Shown here one piece after another: positions 1 to 14,760 of a stretch of 64,000 nucleotides of DNA (position 1 is its first letter; each line of letters opens with the position of its first letter). The DNA is from Eledone cirrhosa (Eukaryota): positions 252,588,001-252,652,000 of the forward strand of contig OZ024743.1 in NCBI GenBank assembly GCA_964016885.1, given 5' to 3'. The notes under the pieces are model-generated. The model ran no database searches. It worked only from the letters and a program-made list of their open reading frames with translations, and had not been told where the DNA came from. Both the position numbers and the translations under genes were made by a program.

Positions 1-2560
1 AACATTATAATATTACAACTATATTGAACAGTATAATATTACAACTATATTGAACATTATAATATTACAACAATATTGAACAGTATAATATTAGAACAAT
101 ATTGAACTGTATAATCTTACAACAATATTGAACAGTATAATATTACAACTATATTGAACATTATAATATTACAACAATATTGAACATTATAATATTACAA
201 CAATATTGAACATTATAATATTACAACAATATTGAACATTATAATATTACAACAATATTGAACATTATAATATTACAACAATATTGAACAGTATAGTATT
301 ACAACAATATTGAACATTATAATATTACAGCAATATTGAACAGTATAATATTACAACTATATTGAACAGTATAATATTACAACAATATTGAACAGTATAA
401 TATTACCATTATATTGAACAGTATAATATTACAACAATATTGAACAGTATAATATTACAACTATATTGAACGGTATAATATTACAACTATATTGAACATT
501 ATAATATTACAAGAATATTGAACAGTATAATATTACAACAATATTGAACAGTATAATATTACAACAATATTGAACAGTATAATATTACGATTATATTGAA
601 CAGTATAATATTACAACAATATTGAACCGTATAATATTACAACAATATTGAACGGTATAATATTACAACTATATTGAACATTATAATATTACAAGAATAT
701 TGAACAGTATAATATTACAACAATATTGAACATTATAATATTACAACAATATTGAACAGTATAATATTACAACTATATTGAACATTATAATATCACAACA
801 ATATTGAACATCATAATATTACAACAATATTGAACATTATAATATTACAACAATATTGAACATTATAATATTACAACAATATTGAACAGTATAGTATTAC
901 AACAATATTGAACATTATAATATTACAACAATATTGAACAGTATAATATTACAAGAATATTGAACAGTATAATATTACAACAATATTGAACATTATAATA
1001 TTACAACAATATTGAACAGTATAATATTACAACAATATTGAACAGTATAATATTACAACAATATTGAACAGTATAATATTACAACAATATTGAACATCAT
1101 AATATTACAACAATATTGAACATTATAATATTACAACAATATTGAACATTATAATATTACAACAATATTGAACAGTATAGTATTACAACTATATTGAACA
1201 GTATTATATTACAACTATATTGAATATTATAATATTACAACAATATTGAACATTATAATATTACAACAATATTGAACAGTATAATATTACAACTATATTG
1301 AACATTATAATATTACAACAATATTGAACATTATAATATTACAACTATATTGAACAGTATAATATTACAACTATATTGAACATTATAATATTACAACAAT
1401 ATTGAACATTATAATATTACAACTATATTGAACAGTATAATATTACAACAATATTGCACAGTATAATATTACAACTATATTGAACATTATAATATTACAA
1501 CAATATTGAACAGTATAATATTACAACAATATTGAACAGTATAATATTACAACAATATTGAACATTATAATATTACAACAATATTGAACAGTATAATATT
1601 GCAATTATATTACAACAATATTGAACAGTATAATATTACAACAATATTGAACATTATAATATTACAACAATATTGAACATCATAATATTACAACAATATT
1701 GAACATTATAATATTACAACAATATTGAACAGTATAATATTGCAATTATATTACAACAATATTGAACATCATAATATTACAACATTATTGAACATTATAA
1801 TATTACAACAATATTGAACAGTATAATATTACAACAATATTGAACATTATAATATTACAACAATATTGAACATTATAATATTACAACAATATTGAACAGT
1901 ATAATATTACAACAATATTGAACATCATAATATTACAACTATATTGAACATTATAATATTACAACTATATTGAACAGTATAATATTACAACAATATTGAA
2001 CATTATAATATTACAACAATATTGAACATTATAATATTACAACTATATTGAACAGTATAATATTACAACTATATTGAACATTATAATATTACAACAATAT
2101 TGAACATTATAATATTACAACAATATTGAACATTATAATATTACAACAATATTGAACATTATAATATTACAACAATATTGAACATTATAATATTACAACA
2201 ATATTGAACAGTATAATATTACAACTATATTGAACAGCATAATATTACAACAATATTGAACAGTATAATATTACAACAATATTGAACAGTATAATATTAG
2301 AACTATATTGAACAGTATAATATTACAACAATATTGAACAGTATAATATTACAACTATATTGAACAGTATAATATTACAACAATATTGAACACTATAATA
2401 TTACAACAATATTGAACAGTATAATATTACAACTATATTGAACAGTATAATATTACAACAATATTGAACAGTATAATATTATAACTATATTGAACAGAAC
2501 AATATTACAACAATATCACATAGTACAATATTACAATAATATTGAACAATACATTACGGC
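1..2560. repeat. 26-bp tandem minisatellite, consensus AACA(G/T)TATAATATTACAAC(A/T)ATATTG
   Basis: Roughly 95-100 head-to-tail copies running off the window start. They degenerate after about 2490. Confidence 0.97.
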
Positions 2561-3035
2561 AATGTTGGACAGTACAAAAAATATCCAACATAGTGTCGAC
2601 AAAATATCAGTTTAGTAATTCATATCATCTCTTTAGATATGAGATATACCTTTCCTATCTAGCTACTTTACATGTATTACTTACAATTTTATTTTATCGT
2701 ATCTTATTACATTAAAAAATGTTTTGAATTCTTTTCTTTTTTTTTACGCATAACTCTAATAAATTGATATCACATAGTTATTTTAGGATTTGATATATTT
2801 AAGTTGACATTTTATTTTTGTTGCTATGTTGTATCTCATATCGATGTTTATTTATTCTTAATACTGCAGCCCTGAGGCTAATGTTATAAATTTGTTCTAA
2901 CCTAATGTCCCTGCCTCACCATTTTATCATTATATTTTTCACTAATGTTATGATGTTTTGTTAGTATTTTCTTTCTATCACATAAACACTGAAGAAGCTG
3001 AAACTGCTGTAGTTCTATTATTATTATTATTATTG

Positions 3036-5897
3036 TTCTTTGAGTCTCAGTCAATGATGTTAGTTAACTGGAAAGTTTGTTGAAATGAATATCAAGCCAC
3101 TACCTGCAGCCTCAGATATTGAGGACGTCTCGGAGGGTTCTTGCTATTCCCAGTAAGTATGCCTTTTGAAGCGTTCCAAAAAGCGGGGCGGGGCCAATTT
3201 TCTTTAACCATCCCTGGAAACTTTTTGAGATAGTACCTAGTGCACCTATGACAATCGGGACCACTTTGACTTCATGGCAGTTCCAAATCCATTTTGCCTC
3301 CCACTTTAAGTCCTGGTATCGGTTAATTTTCTCTCTCTCCTTCTCTTGCACTCTCGTGTCGAATGGGCAGGCCACATCCACAATCAGGCACGATATTTTT
3401 CCTTGTTTAAAACCACCAGGTCAGGTCTATTGTGTTCCAGTTTCTTCTCCGTCTGTCTCCTAAAATCCCACAGCACCTTTATCTGATCGTTTTCTATCAC
3501 CGACTCTGGCTTATGCTCATACCACTTCTCAGAATGTGGTAAATTGTTTACTTTCCATAGGTGCCAGTGGATCACCCTGCCTATCACATCATGTCTCCAG
3601 CCTTTATAGAGAGTCTGGGCTAGGTGTTTACACTCGGATACAATGTGAGCCACAGTCTCCTCTCTCTCTCCACAGATCCTGCACAGTGGGCTAGCCTCCT
3701 CCTTGTAAATATGGTGTTTCAACCACTTCGTTTTGAGGGCCTGCTCTTGCGCAGCCATTAGCATTCCTTCTCTAGTCTTTTTACGGTCTCCTCTTTTCAA
3801 CCAGTTCCATGTCTGTGGATCTCTGAATTCAGTTTTCTCAAAGAAGGCCCTATGAAGGGATTTTTCATGAAGGCTGCTCTTTCTCCTTGTTGTTATTTCC
3901 TCCTTGGGCATCCACTGGTCTATTGTCCTCTCCTTCAGTACAAATCTGAGCATTGGCTCCTTACTATCAGTCACGTATTTGTGTAGGTTGTTTTTCTCCA
4001 TCTGAACACAGTCCTCTATGCTGATAAGACCTCTTCCACCTTCAGAACTCCTTAAGTAGAGTCTATCGACATCACTCCTGTTGTGGAACATGTTGTAGAT
4101 AGTCAATAGCTTCCTAGTCTTCCTATCCATTTCTTTTTGGTCAGCAACATTCCATCTCAGAATTCCCGCACTGTACCTAATAATAGACACAGTTCGGGAA
4201 TTTACTGCACTAATGGCATTCCTACTGTTCCGATGTGACTTTAATACGCTCCTTACTCTCTGAATGTATTCAGATCTTATGAATTCCTTCATTTTTTTGT
4301 TCTTGATGTCATCAGCCTCCAGAACACCCAAATACTTGTATCCTTCTTCAGTGTCAATTTCCTTTATCATCTCACCTGTTGGTACCTGGATTCCGTTGCT
4401 TCTGCTCAATTTACGCCTCTTCATCACAAGGACCCGACATTTACTAATACCAAATTGCATTCATATATCATTGCTGAAAATACGGACAGTGTCAACAAAC
4501 ACATCCAACTCCTTCTCACTCTTCCCAAAGAGCTTAAGATCGTCCACGAAGAGGAGGTGATTGATAGTAAGCTCTCCCTTTCCCAACTTGTATCCTGCTC
4601 TCACTTTTCGCAGTATAATGATCAGGGACATCAGGGCAAGGACAAACAAGAGAGGGGACAGACTATCTCCCTGGAAGATACCTCTCTTGATCTTAACGCC
4701 TCCCAAGGATTCCCCAGCTGATGTTAACTCTGTTTTCCAGGACTTCATACTTTTGCCCAACAACTGTCTGATGTTATCTGCCACCTTGAAGATCTGTAGG
4801 CTTTTGGTGATCCAAGAATTAGGCACCATGTCAAATGCCTTTTTGTAGTCTATCCATCCCATGGCAAGACCAGTGTGTCTCCTCTTGCAATTCCTCATTA
4901 CCATCTTATCAATAAGTAACTGGTCCTTTGTACCACGGAACTTGTTTCGGCATCCTTTCTGTTCGTCCGGTAACAAGTTGTTTGTGTGGAGGTGATGGTA
5001 GATTTCCTCAGACACAATACTTGTCAACAGTTTCCACATTACGGACAGACATGTGATAGGTCTATAGTTGGTAACATCATTACCGTTGATTCGGTCTTTC
5101 ATTACCAGAACTGTGGTACCTTTTGTCAAACACTCTGGTACCTCACCTGACATCAAGCAGTCATTGGACATGGTTGTCAGTTTCGAGTGGAGAGATGTTA
5201 TATTTTTAATCCAATACCCCTGCACACCATCTGGGCCTGGTGATTTCGAGTTGGTTAGTTTTTTGGCCTGCCCCTTAAGAGTTTCAACTGTGATACTCAA
5301 ATCAGTTTGTTGGTATGCCTGTTCACTAAACTCCTTTTGTACTGTTTCAATCCACACTGCCTGGTCATTATGTTTAACATCCTGCTCCCATATTCCTCTC
5401 CAGAATGTTTTAGTTTGTTCCGCCTCAGGGATCAAGTCGTTGCCTCTTTCTTTCCCTTCAAGCTGTCCAAACAGCATCTTCTGGTTGTTGTCAAACATGC
5501 GGTTCTGTCTATACTGACTGACTCTGCTCTCGTATCGCCTAATTTTTGCACTCTTTGCTACAATGCGTTGCTTCAGTTCCTCTATGATAATATTTAGATT
5601 TTAATCTTAGTTTTGTACTTTATTTCCAGTCTATTTTTAGTCTTTATGTCTTTTAGTGTCCCATTCAATAAGGACTCTATGTTTCCAATGTCATTTCTCA
5701 TTTCCCTGATTTGACCCTTCAGTCGTTTCTTCCACCAAGGTTCTGATATTTCTTGTTTGTTGTTTCCTCTCGCTTTTATGCCAAGTAATTTCCTCACCGC
5801 ATTTGCTGTTGCTTTGACGATATTGTTGCACTGGTGAAGGCTCCTCGCCTCAAGGTATGGGATGACTTTATTTACCTTAGCTGTTGTTTCTTTTAAC

Positions 5898-5899
<2 letters not shown>
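3036..5899 (-). mobile_element. 5'-truncated, frameshifted R4/Dong-like non-LTR retrotransposon (RT + CCHC + restriction-like endonuclease)
   Basis: ORF pieces 4461-5498, 3384-4460 and 3112-3381 give RT motifs (YRPITCL, WIDYKKAFD, GIFQGDSLSP, LFVDDLK), the knuckle CRICGEREETVAHIVSEC, RHD and RPDLVV..D. Both ends abut (TAA)n on the sense strand. Confidence 0.9.

Positions 5900-5961
<62 letters not shown>
5900..5961. repeat. (TTA)n microsatellite between the head-to-head Dong-like and Tx1-like LINEs
   Basis: Pure TTA run. Confidence 0.97.
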
Positions 5962-8900
5962 GGCGACCTACGTAGTAAATCGTATCATCGTGAGCTCCGC
6001 AAAGGTTTGTTATTGTCAGTTGTTTAAAATTGGAAAATGTTTATTGTTAACTGTATATAAGTGCACATAAATTGATTTCTGAAAAGGACACTCAAAAATA
6101 TTGGGGCCTTGAGCCCAAAATTTAAACTTTTTATAATTATCAAACAAAAATTTTTCTTTGAAATATCATGGATGACTCAGAGTCACTCCTCCCTCACAAT
6201 CTAACACCTCACACCGACACCACCATTGTAAATATTGCTACGTTTGCCAACACTGGAAATGTAAGCAGTAGCAATATTTTAAATTTGTCTCAGGCAGACG
6301 TTTATTTCCCGCCATTACCAATGACTGCAGGTGTTAAAGCCTCCACCCCCACCACCACCACAGCGACAACAGAAACAAAAGAAAAAAAAAATTAACTCGT
6401 GATATCGAAATGAATTCAACCAAAATGAACTCTTGCACACCGAACACCACTGACGCCACCACCACCACAACTGAAACTAAAATTAACAATAACAAAAATA
6501 ACGATAATAACAACAGCAACAATGAAATTGAGAAGACTACCCTGAGTTTTGCCAGAGTAGCAAAAACGTGCGAAGCGATCCAGGTAACTCAGGAGGAATT
6601 AGAAGATGCCAAAGGAATGGTAAAGAAAGATGGGTACAGGGTCAGCCTCCCCCCTCCCACACACCTAATAAAATGGAGCAACGTCGCCTATGCACCGTGT
6701 CTTATCGGACAATTAACATAAAATCGCGCCGAGTGGAACGGGCATCCGAGTCCCAAATCCAAAAAGCTTTGGGAAATGTGTGGGCAAAAGAACCCCACAT
6801 CAGACGTGGGCAGAAATATGAAACCGAGGACGTGTTCTTTGAAACACCACAGGAGGCCAGATAACACTCCATGGCCCCATTAAGAGTGACGACTTCACAC
6901 TCGTCCCAAGCTATTGTGGCAAAAGACTTGTAAAGATCAGGGTGACTCACGTTGCACCGGCCATCGAATTTCCCTGGCTAATGGCTGTCGTCCTCGCCGG
7001 CATCGAGGCCAACACCAAGATAATTGAAATAGCGAAAGAAAAGCAGGAGAACTGGTCCGGATCTGGGATGGAGCTCCTGATCCAAGCGGACCATAAAAGC
7101 ATTGAGGAGATCCCAGAGGTTATAGACCTCACTGACGGCAGCCACCTCACCGTAATCGTCGAGAGCAGAAGACCTAAGTGTGTCGTTTGTGGTGTGAAGG
7201 AACCCACCTAAGGGCTTTCTGCCCTCAGGCTAAAAGGTTGAGGCCACCTCTCTTACCCACCCCAGTGACTCAACCATCAACACCACCAGCAGCAGAAATG
7301 GCAGCAACAACTGTAGCAGCAACAACAGAAGCAACTGTAACAGCAACAACCCCAACAACAGTAGCAAAACCAACACCACCACCACCCAACGCGCCAGATC
7401 TAGCACCAGCGCCTACACCATCCCCCACGCCACAACCAAAACCAACGCCTGTGGAGGATTTTCCACTCCCCGGCTTATCACAACTGGAGACAGATTGTGT
7501 CGACGAGGAGTGGGATACGGTATCAGGAAAAAAGAAAAAAAGAAACCAAAAAAAGAAAAAAATTCTCTTCCTTCCCCCTCCAAAAACAAAATACAGAGGC
7601 AAACAAATAAATTATCAAACAAAAAAGTTAGGACAGATATGCCACCATCCACACCAGAATCACCAACCCCATCACCACAAACACCAACACCATCACCATC
7701 ATTAACCCCAACACCACAAAAGTCACCAAAAAGCGTAACAGAAACAAACCCACAACAAAGGCAAACAAAACAAAACAACCAAAACGATACACACTACACA
7801 GCATTAAATTTGAACAACAACCAATTATTACACTACATGCAACACAACACCAGCATCACAGAAAAAGACGACACAACAACCCAAAAGTTCACACAACCTC
7901 TACACATACAAATCACTCGCATCACACAGAAAACGTACACGACACTAATAAAAAATTCACGAAGACATCGGAAACTTCCGACAAACACTCTCCAGGAGGA
8001 TTTATAAGGACACCCTTCCTGAGGAGGCCACAAGCAGTGAAAAGGATGGACAAACGATTCTTTCTCTACGAGAAGTAAGGTAAGTGGTCTTTCCCAACTT
8101 TTCCACTCCATTTCAACATGACCTCACTCAGAATAGGCAGCATAAATGCGCGTGGCTTGGGGTCGTCATGGAAGCAGGGCCACCTGCTCAACTACCTCAG
8201 GTCACTAAACATAGATGTAGTGGCCATCAGCGAGACCAGAATCTCCGAAGCACGGGCCTTCGCACCCATCTTCGGCGGCTACGATGTGTACGCATCTCCC
8301 AGCCGTCCAGGATCGGGGGAAGGAGTTGCTGTGATTTTTCGGAGAGGTTTGGATCTCGCCATACGGGCCATCTTCCTGGACCCAGAAGTTAAGTTGGTGG
8401 TGCTGGACGTGACCAGCGGAGACGAGCAAGCTTTCAGGCTAATGGCCGTCTATGCCCCGACAGGAGCAGGACGGCCTGACTTCTTCCGGCGTCTGGAGAC
8501 CTTTCTTGGAACGTCCCGGTCTTTAGTGTTAGTGGGCGACTGGAACGGGATCTTAGATGCACGCTGGGACTGTGTGGGATTAGCGGATAGGGGAGGCGGG
8601 TGCAAGAGTCTCACCAACCTGCTCAGGCGTTTTGAACTGTCTGACAGGTACCGATTGGATTTCACGAATGTGCCAATGTGGACTTGGACAAATTGCATAG
8701 GGTCATCCAGATCATATCTAGATAGAGATATTTTGTAGGGAAATAGATAGGTCTAGCATAGGCTGTCCACAATTCAAGATAGTCAGCTACACGGACCACA
8801 AATTCGTGATCTGTGTGCTTGACTTAGATAGGCTTCATAGACGAGGACCCGACTACTGGAAGCTAAACGCGTCCTTCCCAGCGCGCAAGGCCTACAGAGA

Positions 8901-11703
8901 CCGGATTAGCGAACTAGTTAAGCAGGCGTTGACGGGGTCATCGTCAACAACAAGTGGTGGTTTGCTCTGAAAAGAGCAATTAGAATAGAGTCCATTAGGT
9001 TTCGTAAGGCTTTAGCAATAGAGAAAAATAGAGCAGAGGGAGAATTAGTTAGAAAATTAGACGAGGCGCTTAGCAAAGGCATCGCGACCGACGTACTTGC
9101 GGCGAAATTGGCCCTTGACCAATTCTTCAGTGCAAAGCACGAAGGCTGCGTTGTCAGAGCTAGGGTGCGTTCTCTCAGACACGAGGGGACGAAAGCCGTT
9201 CAATGGGCCCGAGTGGCGGAGGCACCTCGTGGAAACAAATCCACGATCCGGTCTTTGGTGGACCACGACGGGTGCATGCTACTCGATCCCGGCCAAATGT
9301 GTGAAGCTTTTTAGCAACACTTCGCACAGCTGTTCGGGGGCAGCGGCGGGTCGGATCGAGGGATAGACTTTAGTGTCTACCTCGACGTTCTGCCGCGGCT
9401 CTCGGCCACTTAGGCGGACTGTTGCGAAAAGCCGATAAAAACTGCTGAAGTACGGGAGGCAATGACTGGCTGCACAAGGGGTAAATCGCCTGGTTTGGAT
9501 GGTCTGTCAAATGAACTTTACGTACAGATGCCAGATTTGTTCGTAGGCCTCTTGGCGGACGTCTACTTCAACTGGCAACAGATCGGGAGAATTCCTAGCT
9601 CTGTGAGCCGAGGAGCTGTGGCGCTGCTGAGAAAGGATCCGAACAAGGGGGATAACATAGATAATTTCAGGCCCATATCTCTGCTAAACACAGAGTTCAA
9701 GATTTTGGCCAAGGTGCTAGCAAAGAGGTTAGCGCTTGTCGTTGGTGGTCTGGTGGGAGAGCCGCAGACGTGCGCCATTCCCGACAGATCCATCCACGAC
9801 AACCTCCACCTCATGCGATACATCGTAGAGAGGGTAGCTAGGGAACCTGGCACGGGTGGGTCCTTGATCAATTTAGATCAGTAGAAAGATTTCGACAGGG
9901 TCGACCATCGTTACCTAGCGGCAGTCCTGAGGGCGGCTGGCTTTGGGCCCGTCTTCAGAGGCTGGATCGCTGCCATGCACAGCGATATCTGCTCTGTGGT
10001 GAGAGTGAACGGTCACCTTTCGGAACCGTTCAACATCATGCGCTGGGTCCGCCAAGGATGTCCCCTCTCGTCCCTCTTGTACGGATTGACTCTCGAGCCA
10101 TTACTGCACAAACTGGAGACGTTTAGGGGGGTCCCACGCGAACTAGGATGCAGAAGATCCGTGTCAGCATTTGCGGACGATGTCACCGTAATGGTGTCGA
10201 ACGCCAAAAACATCGAGGCGATCGGCACTACACTAAGAGAATACGAAGCAGTGACAGGAGCAATGATCAACCAGGAAAAGCCAGTGGGCCTGCAGCTCGG
10301 CACCTGGTTCGGTCCGGACCTCGAGACGGACAAAATCTGGGATGAGGTGACGAGCAGGGTGGCTTCTCTCACCTAGAAATGGGCGGAGAGGAAGCTATCC
10401 CTGAAAGGTCGAGCGGAGGTGGCTAACGCGTACATCGCGTCAGTCATCTACTACCACGTGACCGTCGTACCTTGTCCTAAGCCCCGCCTGACTGCGCTGG
10501 AGCGTTTGCTCTTTCGCTTTTTGTGGAAGGGACGCGCTCCGATGGTCAGGCGGTCCATCTGCTGTCAACACCCGCTACGTGGAGGGCTGGGCATGCCGTG
10601 GCTGATGATGCGCAGACACGCGCTCAGGCTACGACATCACCTCTTCCTCGACGGTGATCATGTGTGGTCGCCGTTTGCTAGACACGTCTTTCCCCAGCTC
10701 GTCTCCTTGACGGAGCTGCAGTCCTGGGTCAAGCGAAGACCGAGAGGGAGCGCTTGGAGACTGGAATGTCTTCAGGCGCTCACAGCCCTCGACCAATCGG
10801 GCAATGTGATCGGTGGAAACTCCACCTTGGCGTTCTATAGAGGATTAGTGGAGGGGAAGAGCGACGACGTACTTGGAGAAACTCTAGGCGTCGACGAAAA
10901 TCAACTAGCCAATCTCTTACGGAAGGACTTTCGGGCCGGGGTCTATGGACAACTTCCAGAAATCCCTGGCCTGGCAGTGCTACCGAGAAGCTTTGCCAGT
11001 TCGGGATAAACTCTACAGGCATGGAGGTGCCGTCAGCCGGGCATGTCCGAGATGCACGCAGGGCGACGAAACCGTCCTGCACGCACTCGTCCAGTGTCCG
11101 AGCATTGCTGACTTGTGGGTTTATGTCGAACACCTGCTGTCACGTCTAGGACGGATCCAGCTATCAGCTAAGTCCATCGTGAGGATTGCCCCGCCCTCTT
11201 CCTTTAGCCAGTAAGGGCAGGCAGTTTTTATCTGTCTGGTGGCTATGGCGAAAGAGATAGTATGGTGGACACGTTTGAAAGGCTGAAGACGAGCACTTAC
11301 CTCTTCGGTGATGCCCTGATTAACTTTTTCAAATTTCATTTGAAAAGGAAAATCAGGGTAGAGAGGGAAGTGCTCTCTTCCCAGCATTTTGTTGAAATAT
11401 GGGTGAGAGAAGCAAGTATGGCCCGAGTGAATGGGCCTACTCTGAGTATGTGTCTGTAAATTAAAGGTGGAAAACTGGGAGAGGGCACTTGCCCTGGTGG
11501 TCAGGGTCACTGTGGTCTTTTAATGGGCTTTCTCCACAAATGTCCCTCGGAAGTCTCCCCCCTATTGGGGAATCTTTCTTTGTTATTTTATTTCATCCTC
11601 TGTTTTTTTTACACGCATAAATGCCCATTTGTACCGTCCTGTATTGTCCTGTACTGTCCTTAATGTCTACTTTATGTAAATCCTTGTGGTTAATAAAGAA
11701 AAC
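5962..11703 (+). mobile_element. Near full-length Tx1/L1-clade LINE, copy 1 (ORF1 with CCHC knuckle; ORF2 APE-RT-CCHC), disrupted
   Basis: ORF1 pieces start at 6168. ORF2 starts at 8118 (GSINARGL, ISET, VYAP, VGDWN), then KSPGLDG, FRPISLLN, RQGCPLS, AFADD, and ends with CPRC..ETVLHALVQC. The 3' end is AATAAAGAAAAC+(ATT)n. It has multiple stops and frameshifts. Confidence 0.93.
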
Positions 11704-11769
11704 ATTATTATTATTATTATTATTATTATTATCATTATTATTTCTTCCAATAAAATACAAAGTAGAAGA

Positions 11770-12360
11770 AATAATTGTATCGACATTTAGCACAAGGCCA
11801 GCAATTCGAAGGACAAAAGAAAGTTGATTTAAATGACTCCAGTTCATTACTGGTATTTTATTTTATCAAATTCATAAGGATGAAATGCAAAGCTAACTTC
11901 AATGGTATTTGAACTGTAAGGATGAAAGGCAAAGCATGTTGACTGATACTCTACTGATACTGCCTATACAACACCCTTTAATAATGGTTTCTGATTTAGC
12001 CACAAGGCCAACAACTTTGAGAGGAGGGGAAAGTCAGTTAAATTGACTCCAGTGCATTACTGATCCCTTATTTCATTGACTCTGTTAAGATGAAAGGCAA
12101 AGCTAACCTTGGCGGGATTTGAACTCAGAAAATAAAAATTCACAACTATACTGCAAAGCATGTTAACTGATGCTCTACAAATACTGCCAATCCAGCATCC
12201 TATAATAATAATTGTTTCTACTTCAGGCACAAAGCCAGAAATTTGAAGGAGGGTGAACATCGATTAAATTGACCTCTGCATTACTGGTACTTTATTTTAT
12301 CAATCCCATAAGGATGAAAGGCAAAGCTAACCTCAGTGGAATTTCAACTCAGAACAAAAA
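11770..12360 (-). mobile_element. Cluster of tRNA-derived SINE copies and fragments (core GCCTTTCATCCTT..GTCGATAAAATAAAGTACCAG)
   Basis: Three diverged reverse copies of the SINE seen at 19.3-20.6 kb, separated by TAA-rich spacers. Confidence 0.8.
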
Positions 12361-12424
12361 GAGCCAATCTGATACTGGTTATCCAATAATAATGATAATA
12401 ATAATATTAATAATAATAGTGCAG

Positions 12425-12885
12425 TCCTATAGTTCCATCCGAATACCTAAACAGGCATGACAGAGCTGCACAATACATACATTGGGTTATGTGTAAGTAT
12501 TTAAACCTGCCCCATCAAAAGAATTGGTGGGAGCATCAACCACCTCCCATACTTTAAAAAGATCACATCTCAATCTTGTGGAACTTTAGCATCCAAACAG
12601 ACTGAAAAATAGATGCAAATAGACCTGATATAATACTGAAGGACTTTAAAAAGAGGGTATGCCTGCTAATTTATATGTCCGTTCCAATAGACAAGGATGT
12701 ATCTATAAAAACATTTGAAAAATTGAGCAAGTATAAATATCGGGTGATAGAAATTGGAAAAATGTGGAAGTTGAGAACTAAAACAATATCAGTGGTTGTA
12801 GGCGCTCTAGGAATGATACCTAAGGGGTCTAATGATTACTTATCCCAAATCCCAGGAAACGCGTATAGAAGAAATACAAAAGATA
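12425..12885 (+). mobile_element. Degenerate 3' fragment of a second RLE-type (R4/Dong-like) LINE family
   Basis: RHD-like motif, NRPDII and VPIDKDVSIKTFEKLSKY..VVVGALG parallel the C-terminus of the 3036-5899 element. Confidence 0.7.
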
Positions 12886-12894
12886 ATAATAATG

Positions 12895-13874
12895 ATTTCT
12901 TTATTAACCACAAGGGTTTACACAAAGTAAGACATTAAGGACAGTACAGGACAATACAGGACAATACAGGACGGTACAAATGGGCATTTCTGCGTGTAAA
13001 AAAAAACAAAAACAGAAGATGTAACTAAAAAACAATGGAAAATTCCCCAATAGGGGGGAGACTTCCGAGGGCCATCGTGGAGAAAGCCCATTAAAAAAGC
13101 CACGGGAATGCTGACCACCAGGGCAAGTGCCCTCTACCAATTTTCCACCTTCAATTTACAGGCACATACTCAGAGTAGGCCCATTCACTCGGGCCATTCT
13201 TGCCTCTCTCACCCATTTTCAACAAAATGCTGGGAAGAGAGCACTTCTCTCTCTCTACCCTGATTTTCCTTTTCAAATGACATTTGAAAAAGTTAATCAG
13301 GGCATCACCGAAGAGTTAAGTGCTCGTCTTTAGCCCTTTCAGACGCATCCACCATACTATCTCTTCCACCATGGCCACCAGACAGATAAAAACTGCCTGC
13401 CCTTCCTGGCTAAAGGAAGAGGGCGGGGCAATCCTCACGATGGAATCAGCTGATAGCTAGTTCCGTTCTACACACAAAAGCAGGTGTTCGACATAAACCC
13501 ACAAGTCAGTAATGCTCGGACACTGAAGGAGTGCGTGCAGGATGGTTTTGATTTTCGTCGATGCCTAGAGTTTCCCTAAGTACGTCGTCGCTCTTCCCCT
13601 CCACTAATCCTCTATAGAACGCCAAGGTTGCGTTTCCACCACATCACATTGCCTGACTGGTCGAGGGCTGTGAGCGCCTGAAGACATTCCAGTCTCCAAG
13701 CGCTCCCTCTCGGTCTTTGCTTGACCCAGGACTGCAGCTCTGTCAAGGAGACGAGCTGGGGAAAGACGCGTCTAGCAAACGGCTGATCACCATTGAGGAA
13801 GAGGTGGAGATGTCATAGCCTGGCCCTCCACATAGCGGGTGTTGATAGCAGATGGACCGCCTGACCATCGGTGC
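12895..13874 (-). mobile_element. 3' fragment of the Tx1-like LINE (same family as 5962-11703)
   Basis: Reverse-complement match to about 10535-11703 with internal deletions. The 3' end abuts TAA repeats. Confidence 0.9.
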
Positions 13875-13875
13875 C

Positions 13876-14760
13876 TGTACTGAAGGAGAAGACCAGGAGA
13901 TGTCCAAGGAGGAAATATCAACAAGAGGAAGAGCAACCTTCAAGAAGAATCCCTTCATAGCACCTTCTTTAAGAAAAACGGAATTTAGAGATCCACAGAC
14001 ATAGAAGTGGTTAAAAACAGGAGACCTTAAAAAAAGCTACAGAAGGAATGCTAATGGCTGCACAAGAGCAAGCCCTCAGAACGAAGTGGGGGAAACATCA
14101 TATTGACAAGAAGGAGGCTAGCTCACTGTATAGGATCTGTGGAGAGAGAGAGGAGACTGTGGCTCACATTATATCCGAGTCTAAACACCTAGCCCAGACT
14201 CACTATAAAGGCTGGAGACATGATGTGATAGGCAGAGTGATCCACTGGCATCTATGCAAACTAAATAATTTACCACATTCTGAGAAGTGGTATGAGCATA
14301 AGCCAGTCAGTGATAGAAAACAATCAGGTGAAGGTGCTATGGGATTTTAGGATACAGACGGACAAGAAATTAGAACACAATAGACCTGACCTGGTCGTTT
14401 TGGACAAGGAAAAAAGATGTAGCCTGCCTATTTGACACGAGAGTGCAAGAAAAGGAGAGGAAGAAAATTAACCGATACCAGGATTTAAAGTGGGAGTTAA
14501 AAAGGATTTGGAACTGCCATGAAATCAGGGTCATCCCGATTGTCATAGGCACACTAGGTACTATCTCAAAGTATTTCCAAGGATGGTTAAAGAAAATTAG
14601 TCCAGCCCCGCTTTTTGGAACACTTTAAAAGGCATGCTTGCTAGGAACAGCAAGAACCCTCCGATATGTCCTGAATGTCTGAGGCTGTTGGTTATGGCTT
14701 GATATTCATTTCAACAAACTTTCCAGTTAAATAACATTAATGACTGAGACTCAAAGAATA
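13876..14760 (+). mobile_element. 3' fragment of the Dong-like LINE, fused 5'-to-5' with the Tx1 fragment
   Basis: ORFs 14048-14350 and 14443-14628 closely match 3112-4460. The same 3' UTR ends GAGACTCAAAGAATAATAAT. Confidence 0.9.

Noticed and set aside
1-2560. CRISPR-like array
   Set aside because: The units are contiguous with no unique spacers, there are no cas genes, and the context is eukaryotic.
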